Shown here piece after piece: positions 9,766 to 20,165 of a DNA stretch of 64,000 bases. Both the position numbers and the translations under genes were made by a program. The notes beneath the pieces are model-generated. The model was not told the DNA's origin. It searched no databases and saw only the letters and a list, made by a program, of their open reading frames with translations. Source of the stretch: Flavobacteriales bacterium (GTDB taxonomy: Bacteria; Bacteroidota; Bacteroidia; Flavobacteriales; BACL11); contig PAUF01000017.1 of assembly GCA_002712715.1 (NCBI GenBank), positions 3,796-67,795 of the forward strand, written 5' to 3'. Within the stretch, counting starts at the first letter, position 1, and every line of letters starts with the position of its first letter.

Positions 9766-10998
9766 TTAATCCAAAGAAAAGAGTCTAAAATCTTTATATT
9801 TTCTAATCTGAATATCAGTATTGATATGACCCTTTCTATTGGGAATCATATTACGAAAATCTAACAACTCACTGTCAGGCTTGCAGAAATACATTATTGA
9901 ACGAAATGACATTAAAGAGTGATTATTTATTTTTTTATAAAATTTATCTTCAAAAGATTCAAGAAAATTTACATTAAGAGAATCTGAGCTATCAAAAAAG
10001 TTAGATACTGGAATATGAGTATTTAAACGCATTAATGTATGAATATTTAGCTCTGGAATTTTGGAAATAATTTCAGTGCCAAATAAAGAGATGGTTGAAT
10101 CAGATGCTCCACAAAATGAAACAACTTTTTTAACAAATGATTTATTTTCAGATAAAATAAAGATTACATTATGAGTATCCTTAAGAAATCTAAAAGATTT
10201 TTTATCAATTTGTTGTAAATTATCATATTTTATATTTTGGATGTTTGAATATATATTAGATAACTTTTTCTCAAATGAATAGTAAATATTATTGAATTTT
10301 TCATCTGCGAAAGAAATAATATATAGATTGTCCCTAAATTCATAACTTTTCAAGGAAATAAATAAAGAATCTAAAGATTGCTTAAATGTAGGTGTAAGAA
10401 AATATGTGTTCTTGGACAATAAGTCATAATTTTTGGAGAGTGGATTAATTAGAATTTTATCATTGTCGCCTCTGAAAAAATTACGAACCAATTTAAAATT
10501 TGCAGAAAATAAAGGTCCAAAAACTATATCTGATGATTTGAATTTTTTATTCTTTAATATTTGTTTAACTGTATCTGAATTATTTTCTGTGTCAAATACA
10601 AATAATTGAATATTAAATCCTAAAGACTTTAAAGAATCAACAGCCATTATGATACCATCAATAAAGTCAATCGATATAACAGACTTTTTATATATTTGAT
10701 TTGTATCTTCATCATTTGACAACCAATACTTAACTAAAGTGTCATTCCTTGCTACATAAAATGGCAACAATACAGATATTTTGATAGTGTCATCTGCAAT
10801 AAAAGAAGATGAAAATTTACTATCAATATATTCTGAAAAATTTGAATCAATATTATTATTTTCTAAGTTTTGATCATTAATTTTCTGAAAACTCTTGGCC
10901 CTCCCTTGCTTATCATGATATCCATACTTTATTTCCTGAGCAATAATATATTCCACAGAAAAAAAAATTATTGAAAAATATATAAATTTTCTTATCAT
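9766..10998 (-). CDS. Periplasmic binding protein type 1 (ABC substrate-binding-like) secreted protein
   Basis: Signal peptide ...IIA|Q from the ATG at 10998; IKISVLLPF...DFIDGIIMAVDSLK..G..IQLFVFDTE...DIVFGPLF. Confidence 0.7.
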   Translation of the reverse strand: MIRKFIYFSIIFFSVEYIIAQEIKYGYHDKQGRAKSFQKINDQNLENNNIDSNFSEYIDSKFSSSFIADDTIKISVLLPFYVARNDTLVKYWLSNDEDTNQIYKKSVISIDFIDGIIMAVDSLKSLGFNIQLFVFDTENNSDTVKQILKNKKFKSSDIVFGPLFSANFKLVRNFFRGDNDKILINPLSKNYDLLSKNTYFLTPTFKQSLDSLFISLKSYEFRDNLYIISFADEKFNNIYYSFEKKLSNIYSNIQNIKYDNLQQIDKKSFRFLKDTHNVIFILSENKSFVKKVVSFCGASDSTISLFGTEIISKIPELNIHTLMRLNTHIPVSNFFDSSDSLNVNFLESFEDKFYKKINNHSLMSFRSIMYFCKPDSELLDFRNMIPNRKGHINTDIQIRKYKDFRLFSLD

Positions 10999-10999
10999 A

Positions 11000-12535
11000 T
11001 TACTCCCATTCAATTGTTGCAGGAGGCTTGGATGATATATCATACACTACCCTATTAATTCCTTTAACTTTATTTATAATTTCACCAGAAATATTTGACA
11101 AAAAACTATAAGGTAAATGAACCCAATCTGCAGTCATTCCATCAGTAGACTCAACTGCTCTTAACGCAACAACATTTTCATAAGTTCTTTCATCGCCCAT
11201 AACTCCTACTGATTTGACTGGTAAAAGAATAGCTCCAGCTTGCCAGACATCATGATATAGATCATTTTCTATTAAAGATGAAATAAAAATACTATCTACT
11301 TCTTGCAAAATCCTAACTCTTTCCTCAGTAACTTCTCCTAAAATCCTAATAGCCAATCCTGGCCCAGGAAATGGATGGCGAGACAATAAAACATCATTTA
11401 TACCTAATGATTTTCCAATTAATCTAACTTCATCTTTAAAAAGTGTATTTAAAGGTTCAACAATTTTTAATTTCATATAATCAGGCAGGCCACCTACATT
11501 ATGATGAGATTTAATTGTTGAGGATGGGCCTCCAGTAGCTGAAATAGATTCAATAACATCTGGATAAATTGTTCCCTGAGCTAGCCATTTAACATTTTCA
11601 ATTCTTTTAGCTTCTAAATCAAAAACATCAATAAATTTATTGCCAATATTTTTTCTCTTTATCTCAGGATCAGAAACTCCGTTGAGAACTTCATAAAAAT
11701 CCTTTTTCGCATCTACACCTTTAACGTTTAATCCAATTTTTCTATACTTTTCTAATACATCATTATATTCATCTTTTCTCAATAAACCATTATTAACAAA
11801 AATACAATGTAAATTATCACCAATTGATTTATTCAATAAAACAGCAGCAACTGTAGAATCTACTCCACCAGAAATGCCAAGAATAACCTTATCATTAGAT
11901 AATTTTTCTCTGAGATCATTTATAGTTTGATCAATAAAAGAATCGGGTGTCCAATCTTGTTTAATTCCTGAAATGTTAATTAAAAAGTTACTAAGCACAA
12001 TTTTACCATCTTCAGAATGATAAACTTCAGGATGGAATTGTATACCAAAAGTATCTTCATTTTCTATTTTATAGGCAGCAACCTCTACATCTCTAGTACT
12101 GGCTATAATACTAAAATTTTTAGGCAGTTTTGAGATAGTATCACCATGACTCATCCAAACCTGAGAACCTAATTTGACTCCAGAAAATAATAAATTTTCA
12201 TTTGATATCTCAGTAAGATTTGCTCTACCATACTCTCTGATCTCAGAAGATGTTACAATACCACCATTTTCATTAGCGATAAATTGCGCACCATAACAAA
12301 CAGCTAATATAGGGATAGTACCTTGAATATTTTCTAAATTTACAAATGGAGAATCAGGTTGTAAAACTGAACAAGGACTCCCAGATAAAATTACAGCACT
12401 TATAGTATGGTCAATAGCTGGTAATTTTGAATATGGATATATCTCACTATATATATTTAACTCTCTAACCCTTCTCGCAATTAATTGAGTATACTGTGAA
12501 CCAAAATCTATAATAAGAACCTTTTTTTGAATCAT
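11000..12535 (-). CDS. guaA: GMP synthase (glutamine-hydrolyzing)
   Basis: [50 protein letters not shown]. Confidence 0.98.
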   Translation of the reverse strand: MIQKKVLIIDFGSQYTQLIARRVRELNIYSEIYPYSKLPAIDHTISAVILSGSPCSVLQPDSPFVNLENIQGTIPILAVCYGAQFIANENGGIVTSSEIREYGRANLTEISNENLLFSGVKLGSQVWMSHGDTISKLPKNFSIIASTRDVEVAAYKIENEDTFGIQFHPEVYHSEDGKIVLSNFLINISGIKQDWTPDSFIDQTINDLREKLSNDKVILGISGGVDSTVAAVLLNKSIGDNLHCIFVNNGLLRKDEYNDVLEKYRKIGLNVKGVDAKKDFYEVLNGVSDPEIKRKNIGNKFIDVFDLEAKRIENVKWLAQGTIYPDVIESISATGGPSSTIKSHHNVGGLPDYMKLKIVEPLNTLFKDEVRLIGKSLGINDVLLSRHPFPGPGLAIRILGEVTEERVRILQEVDSIFISSLIENDLYHDVWQAGAILLPVKSVGVMGDERTYENVVALRAVESTDGMTADWVHLPYSFLSNISGEIINKVKGINRVVYDISSKPPATIEWE

Positions 12536-14068
12536 TATTTTTCTTTTAATGACAAAACTAAGAAATTTGTGTCTAGTGGTTCTATAACTTGCATTAATGT
12601 TTTTATTAAGTCTTCTCCAAAAACTATATAATAAGAAATAAAAGAGTCATATCTTTCCTGTAAAATGTTTTGAGGAAATAACTTATTTCTAATTTTTTTT
12701 AATTTTCTCAAATCAACATCATATTTATCTTTATATGACTTAATAATTTTTTTTTTCAATTTTATCTAAAGATTTTAAATTATATTTCCTACTAGAATCA
12801 ATAGCGTCCTTTAAACTTTGATCATCAACAATTGACATTATTGACTTATAGATCGAATTAATTTTTGTTTTGTTAGAAGAAAAATTAATATTTTCTGAAC
12901 ATTTTAAATAATTTGCAGTCAACTCATCAAAATTTCTGAAAATATCTGATAAATCGAATCCTAATTTTGAAAGAAATTTAGAATCTTTTTGGGGGAGTAA
13001 TGCAACTGAATTTCTTAAAACCATACAAGGATAAACCAAATCTAGATATTCAAAAACATCAATCAACTGAGACCAGTAAGATAACTCAGAACCACCTCCG
13101 ACATAAGCAATGTTAGGCAAAATTATTTCTTGATATATAGGCCTTGTAAGAACATTAGGACTAAATTCTTCATAATTTTCTAATATATGATTAATAGAAA
13201 TCTTTTCAGTAACAGGAACTCGATCATCTTTTGTTAATTTAAAAAAATTTATATTCTTAACTTTAGCTTGTATTTTATAATCTCTAGAAAAATTAAATGA
13301 GGTTTTATTTATAATTTTAGATAAGTTGTTTTCACATACATCCTCTTTAAGTATAGGCAACATTTCTCTTTTTAATTTCTTATCATCTGGATCAAGAATA
13401 ACTATACCATATTTTCCAAAAAAATGATTAACAAACAACCTGGTAGATTCAGATAATGTATTACCATTATAACATTGACTAAGTATGGAAAATAAAGCAT
13501 GAGAATTTTCATTATCACCCATCCTAATTTTCAAAGACTTGATCAGTTCTGAAATTGCAGTAGTATGAACATCTCCAACTTTACCTTTAGAATCAATATT
13601 CCATAGAAATTTATCACCAAAAAAATTTACATTATTAACTTCATCAAAATCATGATCTTCAGAAGCCATCCAAAATAGTGGAACAAAATTGTAATCAGGA
13701 AATGATTTTTTTAACTTTTTAGTAAGATTTATAGCGGTAATAATTTTATATATAAAAAACATAGGTCCTCCAAAAATACATAACTGATGACCTGTTGTTA
13801 CAGTATAAGTGTTCTCTTTCTTCAAGTCATTAATATTACATAATGATTTTTCACTTAAGCAAATTTCTTTATTCTGTGAACTTAATACATCATACAATAA
13901 CGATCTGTTAAATTTTTGATTATTCTTTTCTATTATTTTTTCACGAAATGAATTCAATGAAGGAAGTTCACAATCTTTTAAAAAATCTGGTAATTTTTTA
14001 TCCATATAATCACAAATATATTTAGAAAAATATCCCGTATTATTATATGGTATCTTTTGTTTTTTCAC
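12535..14068 (-). pseudogene. bshC: Bacillithiol cysteine-adding enzyme BshC, split by a +1 frameshift in an A10 run (12747-12756)
   Basis: VTTGHQL, FWMASEDHDFDE, FSPNVLTRP, YVGGGSELSYW in the upstream ORF; LFPQNILQERY in the 74-aa downstream ORF; removing one A joins them. Likely GTG start at 14068. May be a sequencing error. Confidence 0.85.
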
Positions 14069-14127
14069 AATGCTAAAATACAAATTGTATTTCGTTATTT
14101 AAATAAGTATTTTATACTATATTTTCA

Positions 14128-14135
14128 TATTTTTG
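14128..14135 (+). promoter_or_regulatory. Possible -7 element (TATTTTTG) for the mutL operon
   Basis: TAnnTTTG immediately upstream of the ATG at 14140. Confidence 0.4.
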
Positions 14136-14139
14136 TAAT

Positions 14140-14352
14140 ATGGAAGCCCCTAGACTACCCTCAATGTTTAAAACTTTTAAGAATAAGAAATTCGACTTTA
14201 AACCGAGATACCTCAGTAATAAAAATAAATCTAAACGTTCATCTTTAAAATTTAGATCAAAAAACAATGCTCAAAAACAACAAAATCAATCTCTAAGAGT
14301 TGTACTTTTTATTATGATGATTGGATTAATTATATATTTAATATTTAGATAA
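14140..14352 (+). CDS. Small basic membrane protein (hypothetical)
   Basis: FKTFKNKKFDFKPRY N-terminus, C-terminal TM helix; sits directly before mutL. Confidence 0.7.
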   Translation: MEAPRLPSMFKTFKNKKFDFKPRYLSNKNKSKRSSLKFRSKNNAQKQQNQSLRVVLFIMMIGLIIYLIFR

Positions 14353-14353
14353 A

Positions 14354-16099
14354 TTGGATATAATATCAAAACTACCAGAAAATATTGCAAATCAAATTGC
14401 CGCAGGAGAAGTCATTCAAAGACCATCATCTGTCGTAAAAGAAATGATGGAGAATTCAATCGATGCAGGAGCAGATAACATCGAGGTAAATATTAAAGAT
14501 TCTGGCAAAACATATATTCAGGTAATTGATAACGGAGTAGGGATGAGTCCTAATGATGTATTGATGAGTGTTGAGAGACATGCTACTTCGAAGATTAAAA
14601 AAGCCGAAGATCTCTTCTTGATAAATACAATGGGATTTCGTGGAGAAGCTATGTCATCAATATCTGCTATTGCTCATGTAGAAATATTATCAAATCAAAA
14701 AGAAGATGAATTAGGTACAAAAACTATTATGGAATGGAGTAATTTTATTTCACAAGAAGAATTCAATTGTAAAAAAGGGACATCAATTAAAATAAAAAAT
14801 CTTTTCTATAATGTTCCAGCTAGAAGAAACTTTTTGAAGTCTGATAAAATTGAAAAGAAACATATAATAGAAGAATTCAAGCGAGTTGCATTAGCATACC
14901 CCACTATTAAACTCAAGCTTATATTTAATCATGTTAGCTATTTCAATCTCAATGTCTCAAATTTAAGACAACGAATAGTTAATATAATTGGTAGTAAATC
15001 AAATGAAAAATTAGTTCCTATTGCAGAAGAAACAAGTTTAATTAAAATTGATGGTTTTGTTGGGAAACCTGAAATATCCAAGATTAATAGAGGCGAACAA
15101 TATTTCTTTGTAAATGGAAGATTTATCAAAAACTACTACTTAAGTCATGCTATTAGAAAAGCATTTAAAAACTTAATCTCTGAAAAACATCACCCTTCAT
15201 TTTTTATATATTTAATTATAGATCCATCCAAAATTGATATAAATATTCATCCAACAAAAACTGAAATAAAGTTTGAAGATGAAAAAGCTATTTATTCTAT
15301 AATTCATGCGTGTATTAAAAAATCCTTAGGACAATATAATATTGCACCCAGTATAGATTTCGATATAGAAACAGCATTTGAAATACCATCCTTCAAAGAA
15401 GGACATACAATATCAGAACCTAAGATAAAATTAGATAAAAACTATAATCCTTTCGAAGTAAAAGAAAATCCAAAAGAAAGTCTATCATTTTTAAGTGACT
15501 TAGATGGTTTACAAACAGAAATTGACAATTTAAAAATAGACAACAAAGACTATAATTTATTTCAAATTAAGAAAACATACATAATTGCCAAATCAAATGA
15601 AGGTATAATTATCATAAATCAAGAAAGAGCTCATAATCGTATTATATACGAACGATTCATTAACTATAATCAACTATCACATATAAGTCAAAAATTACTT
15701 TTTCCAAGTAAATTTGATTTAAATTCAGATGAATCATTGTTATTAAGTGAAATGAAAAAAGAATTATTCAACTTAGGTTTTGAAATATCTATTAATAAAA
15801 ATCAACTTGAGGTCTCATCCGTTCCATTAGAGTGTATCAATGAAAATATCGAAGAATTATTCAAAATGATACTTGTTTTCAATGAAAACATGGAAAGTCT
15901 TGATAAAAATATTAATCATAATATTTGTAAAGCCATGTCAAAAAAATTATGCATTAAAAATGGTAGAGAACTAAAGATTGAGGAAATGAATGATATATTT
16001 AATCAATTAATGAAATGTGATAACTCATCAATCGACCCTAATGGAAATATCACATTTATTAACTTGGAAATCAAAGAAATAATAAAAAAATTTAAATAA
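14354..16099 (+). CDS. mutL: DNA mismatch repair protein MutL
   Basis: ANQIAAGEVIQRP, DNGVGM, RHATSKI, GFRGEA, NIHPTKTEIKF; TTG start. Confidence 0.96.
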   Translation: MDIISKLPENIANQIAAGEVIQRPSSVVKEMMENSIDAGADNIEVNIKDSGKTYIQVIDNGVGMSPNDVLMSVERHATSKIKKAEDLFLINTMGFRGEAMSSISAIAHVEILSNQKEDELGTKTIMEWSNFISQEEFNCKKGTSIKIKNLFYNVPARRNFLKSDKIEKKHIIEEFKRVALAYPTIKLKLIFNHVSYFNLNVSNLRQRIVNIIGSKSNEKLVPIAEETSLIKIDGFVGKPEISKINRGEQYFFVNGRFIKNYYLSHAIRKAFKNLISEKHHPSFFIYLIIDPSKIDINIHPTKTEIKFEDEKAIYSIIHACIKKSLGQYNIAPSIDFDIETAFEIPSFKEGHTISEPKIKLDKNYNPFEVKENPKESLSFLSDLDGLQTEIDNLKIDNKDYNLFQIKKTYIIAKSNEGIIIINQERAHNRIIYERFINYNQLSHISQKLLFPSKFDLNSDESLLLSEMKKELFNLGFEISINKNQLEVSSVPLECINENIEELFKMILVFNENMESLDKNINHNICKAMSKKLCIKNGRELKIEEMNDIFNQLMKCDNSSIDPNGNITFINLEIKEIIKKFK

Positions 16100-16101
16100 A
16101 A

Positions 16102-16827
16102 ATGTTTGGAGATATCAGTTTCAAATCACTACCTATAGTTGTTAAAAATTTACTTATCATAAATGGATTAATTTTTCTTTCTACATATACATTTCCAGAA
16201 ATTAAAACATTTTTAGCATTACACCCTATACAATCCGAAAATTTTCTGCCTCATCAAATTATAACCCACATGTTCATGCATGGGAATTTCTCACATTTAT
16301 TTTTCAATATGTTTGGACTTTGGATTTTTGGCAAATTATTAGAAAAAATATGGGGACCTAAAAAATTCCTTACTTATTATATGGCGACCGGACTCGGTGC
16401 TGTATTAATTTACTCTATTATTCATCAAATAGAAATTTCAATAATCGAATCTGGTTTAACAAGTATGGAAATTGCAAGAGTAAATAGTGTTAAGCTAATA
16501 CCGGGTGGATACTATGGCACCCCACTTAGTGTTATTGAAGAAAAACTATTTTTATTCTACAATACACCAGTAGTAGGAGCCTCAGGAGCTATTTATGGAC
16601 TATTGCTAGCCTTTGGATATCTTTTTCCTAACTCAGTCATTTATTTATATTTAGCAATTCCAATAAAAGCGAAGTACTTTGTATTAGGATTAGGTTTAAT
16701 TTCACTTTTTTCTGGAATTATGCCTAACCCTAGTGATAATGTGGCTCATTTTGCTCATTTAGGTGGTATGATATTCGGATTTATTCTACTTAAATATTGG
16801 AAACAAGACAGAAATAACTTCTACTAA
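16102..16827 (+). CDS. Rhomboid intramembrane serine protease
   Basis: HMFMHG..HLFFNM, GASGA (Ser), AHFAHLGG (His). Confidence 0.93.
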   Translation: MFGDISFKSLPIVVKNLLIINGLIFLSTYTFPEIKTFLALHPIQSENFLPHQIITHMFMHGNFSHLFFNMFGLWIFGKLLEKIWGPKKFLTYYMATGLGAVLIYSIIHQIEISIIESGLTSMEIARVNSVKLIPGGYYGTPLSVIEEKLFLFYNTPVVGASGAIYGLLLAFGYLFPNSVIYLYLAIPIKAKYFVLGLGLISLFSGIMPNPSDNVAHFAHLGGMIFGFILLKYWKQDRNNFY

Positions 16828-16828
16828 T

Positions 16829-17659
16829 TTGAAGAAAATTAAAAATATTAAGAAGCATTTGAATTTTAAAAAGCCTTTTCTTGCTATTTTATATTTAAAT
16901 TTATTTGTGATTATAATCTATACTATTGTATATATTTATATAAATAGTTCCGAAGATTCATCAACAAGAATATTACTGTTAAACAACAACTATTTAGAAT
17001 TACCTAATTCATATACTGAATTACTACATAAACCTTGGACAATAATAACATATTCGTTTTTACATAAAATAGAAAATTATGGATTTTTCCATTTACTAAT
17101 TAATCTTCTTATTTTATATGTTGTTTCTAGGATATTTCTAAATTACTTTAATAAAAAACATTTCATCATCACTTATTTATTAGGAGGAATTGCTGGCGCA
17201 TTATTTTTCATAACATTCTCTACTATACTTCCCTCAATCTTCACTCAAAATTATCTTTATGGAGCCTCAGCAAGTGTTACTGCAATTTTCATAGCCTCTA
17301 CTACAAGAATTCCTAATTATAAAATACGGATTCCTATTATTAGACATATTCAAATCAAATATTTTGCACTAATAATGATTTGTTTCTTTCTAATTGGGAT
17401 TAACTCAAGTAACCCTGGGGGTCATATAGCCCATTTAGGAGGAGCTTTATTGGGTTTTTTATTTGCTAAATTTAATAAACAAACAAATAAGATAGATTTC
17501 TTAAAACATAAGAAAAAAATGACTAATGATGATCACTTCAGAAGCAAAAGAAAAGAAAAAAATGATAGAATAAATCTCATACTGGAAAAAATATCTAAAT
17601 CAGGATATGATAGCCTTTCCAATGAAGAAAAAGATACTCTTTACAACGCAGGCAAATAA
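16829..17659 (+). CDS. Rhomboid protease with C-terminal DUF6576-like tail
   Basis: PWTIITYSFLH, GASAS, GHIAHLGG, ILEKISKSGYDSLSNEEK. Confidence 0.9.
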   Translation: MKKIKNIKKHLNFKKPFLAILYLNLFVIIIYTIVYIYINSSEDSSTRILLLNNNYLELPNSYTELLHKPWTIITYSFLHKIENYGFFHLLINLLILYVVSRIFLNYFNKKHFIITYLLGGIAGALFFITFSTILPSIFTQNYLYGASASVTAIFIASTTRIPNYKIRIPIIRHIQIKYFALIMICFFLIGINSSNPGGHIAHLGGALLGFLFAKFNKQTNKIDFLKHKKKMTNDDHFRSKRKEKNDRINLILEKISKSGYDSLSNEEKDTLYNAGK

Positions 17660-18669
17660 TGAGAAAATTGTTTTTTTATATATTATTAACCCTGAATGTA
17701 ATTCTAAATTCACTTTTACTCTTATCTTTATTATCCCCATATACTCATCCCAGTTTTATGTGGCCTATCTCTTTTATAGGGCTGTTCTTTCCCATATTTA
17801 TATTAGGAATTATATGTACTTTAATTCCTCTATTATTTTATAACAAGAAAATTATCTATATCAATCTGATTGTAATTTTAATATCGTTACCTTTTGTCAC
17901 TAGATTTTTCGCTATTAGCATAGAAGAAAGTGAGAATAATCATGAAAATGAATTAACTATCATGTCTTATAATGTAAGACTATTCAATCAATATAAATGG
18001 ATAAAGAACATTAATATTGAAGATGAAATTTCTCAACTTGTTTACAAAAATAATATTGACATAGCTTGTATTCAAGAATATAGACAGACAATAAATCCTA
18101 TAAATTTTAAATATAATTTTACTTCTAAAAACTTAGGAATTTATAGTAACTATCCTATAATTAATAATGGAGAAATTAAAAGTGAAAAGAACCTGATATG
18201 TATTTTTGCGGATATCCAATTTACAAATAAAGTAATTAGAGTATATAATCTGCATCTAGCTTCAAATTCTTTTTCCAATGAGAATCTAGCTCTAATTCAA
18301 AGTTTAGAAATGGAAAGAAATATTGGAGAGAGTTTAGGAATTATCAAGAGACTTAGAAATTCTTTTATTCTTAGAGGAAGAGAAGTAGATCTGATAAAAT
18401 CGGAAATCGAAAAAACTGATCTTCCTATAATAATTTGCGGTGATTTCAATGACACTCCAATGTCATATGCTTATGAAGAACTTAAAAAAAATATGAATGA
18501 TGCTTTTATAGAATCAGGCCAGGGGTTTGGAGACACATTTATCAAGATTCCAATGCTAAGGATCGACTATATTCTTTATCATAAAGAATGGAAATCAAAA
18601 GAATTTATAACTCATCAAGAAAACTACTCCGATCACAGAGCAATTTCTACATCAATAGTGATGGAATAG
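17659..18669 (+). CDS. Endonuclease/exonuclease/phosphatase family membrane protein
   Basis: N-terminal TMs; MSYNV, CIQE, CGDFND, RIDYI, SDH. Confidence 0.92.
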   Translation: MRKLFFYILLTLNVILNSLLLLSLLSPYTHPSFMWPISFIGLFFPIFILGIICTLIPLLFYNKKIIYINLIVILISLPFVTRFFAISIEESENNHENELTIMSYNVRLFNQYKWIKNINIEDEISQLVYKNNIDIACIQEYRQTINPINFKYNFTSKNLGIYSNYPIINNGEIKSEKNLICIFADIQFTNKVIRVYNLHLASNSFSNENLALIQSLEMERNIGESLGIIKRLRNSFILRGREVDLIKSEIEKTDLPIIICGDFNDTPMSYAYEELKKNMNDAFIESGQGFGDTFIKIPMLRIDYILYHKEWKSKEFITHQENYSDHRAISTSIVME

Positions 18670-18673
18670 AGAA

Positions 18674-18991
18674 CTAAGATTTAAGTTTATTAGAATTTGA
18701 CTTTTCTTCATTCGACTGTCGTGATGCAATAGCAGATCTTGATATTTTCATCTTCATCCCATAACTTTCTATTACAATTGAATTTTCATTAATTTCTGCG
18801 ATTTTACCATATATACCTCCAATGGTAACTACCTTATCTCCTTTTTGCAACTCACTTCTGAATTTGTCCTGATCTTTCTGTTGTTTCATTTTTGGTCTAA
18901 TCATAAAAAAATACATTACTCCAAACATTAACAACATCATTATTAAGAATGGGGTTCCATCTTGAGACTGATCTAATAATAGTACATTCAT
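18674..18991 (-). CDS. yajC: Preprotein translocase subunit YajC
   Basis: MYFFMIRP...LQKGDKVVTIGGIYGKI. Confidence 0.95.
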   Translation of the reverse strand: MNVLLLDQSQDGTPFLIMMLLMFGVMYFFMIRPKMKQQKDQDKFRSELQKGDKVVTIGGIYGKIAEINENSIVIESYGMKMKISRSAIASRQSNEEKSNSNKLKS

Positions 18992-19200
18992 TATTTAATG
19001 TTTTTAATTATATATCCAGAAATCATTAATATTTATATTTCAATTTCTGGATTGACATTTGTTAAAACTCTAATTGACTTAACTTTTTCACTATCCAATT
19101 TCAGGATCAAAAGTAATAATAATTTCTGATTTCTTTGAAAACAAATAATTTAAGATTTATATTAGGAAATAAACATAACAAGAAAAAAAATACTAGACAT
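18991..19200 (-). pseudogene. Degraded remnant of a DUF1573 (Ig-like) lipoprotein gene
   Basis: Minus-strand fragments read MSSIFFLVMFIS*, KSEIIITFDP and EKVKSIRVLTNVNPEIEI*ILMISGYI...*, resembling the DUF1573 C-terminus, at its usual nusB-DUF1573-yajC position. Confidence 0.6.
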
Positions 19201-19214
19201 AGAATTTCAGAAAA

Positions 19215-20156
19215 TTACAATAAACCTCTTCCCTGTTTATGAATTCTATTGTTTCTTTTAAAATTATTTACTATTTTATCAAGCATGCCATTTATAAAAA
19301 CCTTGGAATTCTTAGTGCTATAGTATTTAGAAATCTCAATATATTCGTTAAAACTTACATTTACAGGCATCTCATTAAATGACACAATTTCAGTAAGTGC
19401 CATATTAATTAGTAATATATCCATATTAGCAATTCTATCTAAATCCCAATTTTTTGAATAATCTTTCACTAGATTATTAAACTCATCATAATTTTGAATA
19501 GTGCTCCTAAACAAAGAAATAGCGAAATTTTTATCCTCAATATTCTTAAAAGAACTTTTAAGAATATGAGATGTGTTTTTATTTTTTAAAAAACTAATTT
19601 GATTATTTAGGAAAATTGATACAAAAGGCAAATCGTCCATCCAATAAATATTATGCTCTTTTATGATTTGATGTAAAAATTCATTGTCAAAAATAAAATT
19701 ATTTAGAATCAACTTTATAAAACTTTTATCTAATTCAAAAGTATCCTCTTCATCTAATAAATAATCACTATACTCTGGACTTTTAATTATCTCCACATAC
19801 ATCCTTCTGATCAAATCTAAATCATTATTCACTAACATTCTTATAGATCTGTTATTTTTTTGCCTAAAAAAATCATCTGATATTAACAACTCAATAACTC
19901 TATTATTAATAAATTTTCTATTTGGATCTAAATCATCAATAGTAGGCAAATGTTTCAATTTATTTGTTTCAATTTGGTCTTTTGCGTAATTTCTTAACAA
20001 CATTAAAATTGAGAGGAATAACTTGTGCAAATCCTTTACTGATTCTATACTTTTAATCATATTTTTTTCAATCTCAATACGATCATATTCTCTTAAAGTA
20101 AAATATGAGTAAAGAGACTGCATAACTTTTATTCTAATATGCCTTCTACTAATCAT
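19215..20156 (-). CDS. nusB: Transcription antitermination factor NusB (long Bacteroidota form)
   Basis: MISRRHIRIKVMQSLY; NWDLDRIA; NEYIEISKYYST..S..FINGMLD. Confidence 0.95.
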   Translation of the reverse strand: MISRRHIRIKVMQSLYSYFTLREYDRIEIEKNMIKSIESVKDLHKLFLSILMLLRNYAKDQIETNKLKHLPTIDDLDPNRKFINNRVIELLISDDFFRQKNNRSIRMLVNNDLDLIRRMYVEIIKSPEYSDYLLDEEDTFELDKSFIKLILNNFIFDNEFLHQIIKEHNIYWMDDLPFVSIFLNNQISFLKNKNTSHILKSSFKNIEDKNFAISLFRSTIQNYDEFNNLVKDYSKNWDLDRIANMDILLINMALTEIVSFNEMPVNVSFNEYIEISKYYSTKNSKVFINGMLDKIVNNFKRNNRIHKQGRGLL

Positions 20157-20165
20157 AGATAATGA

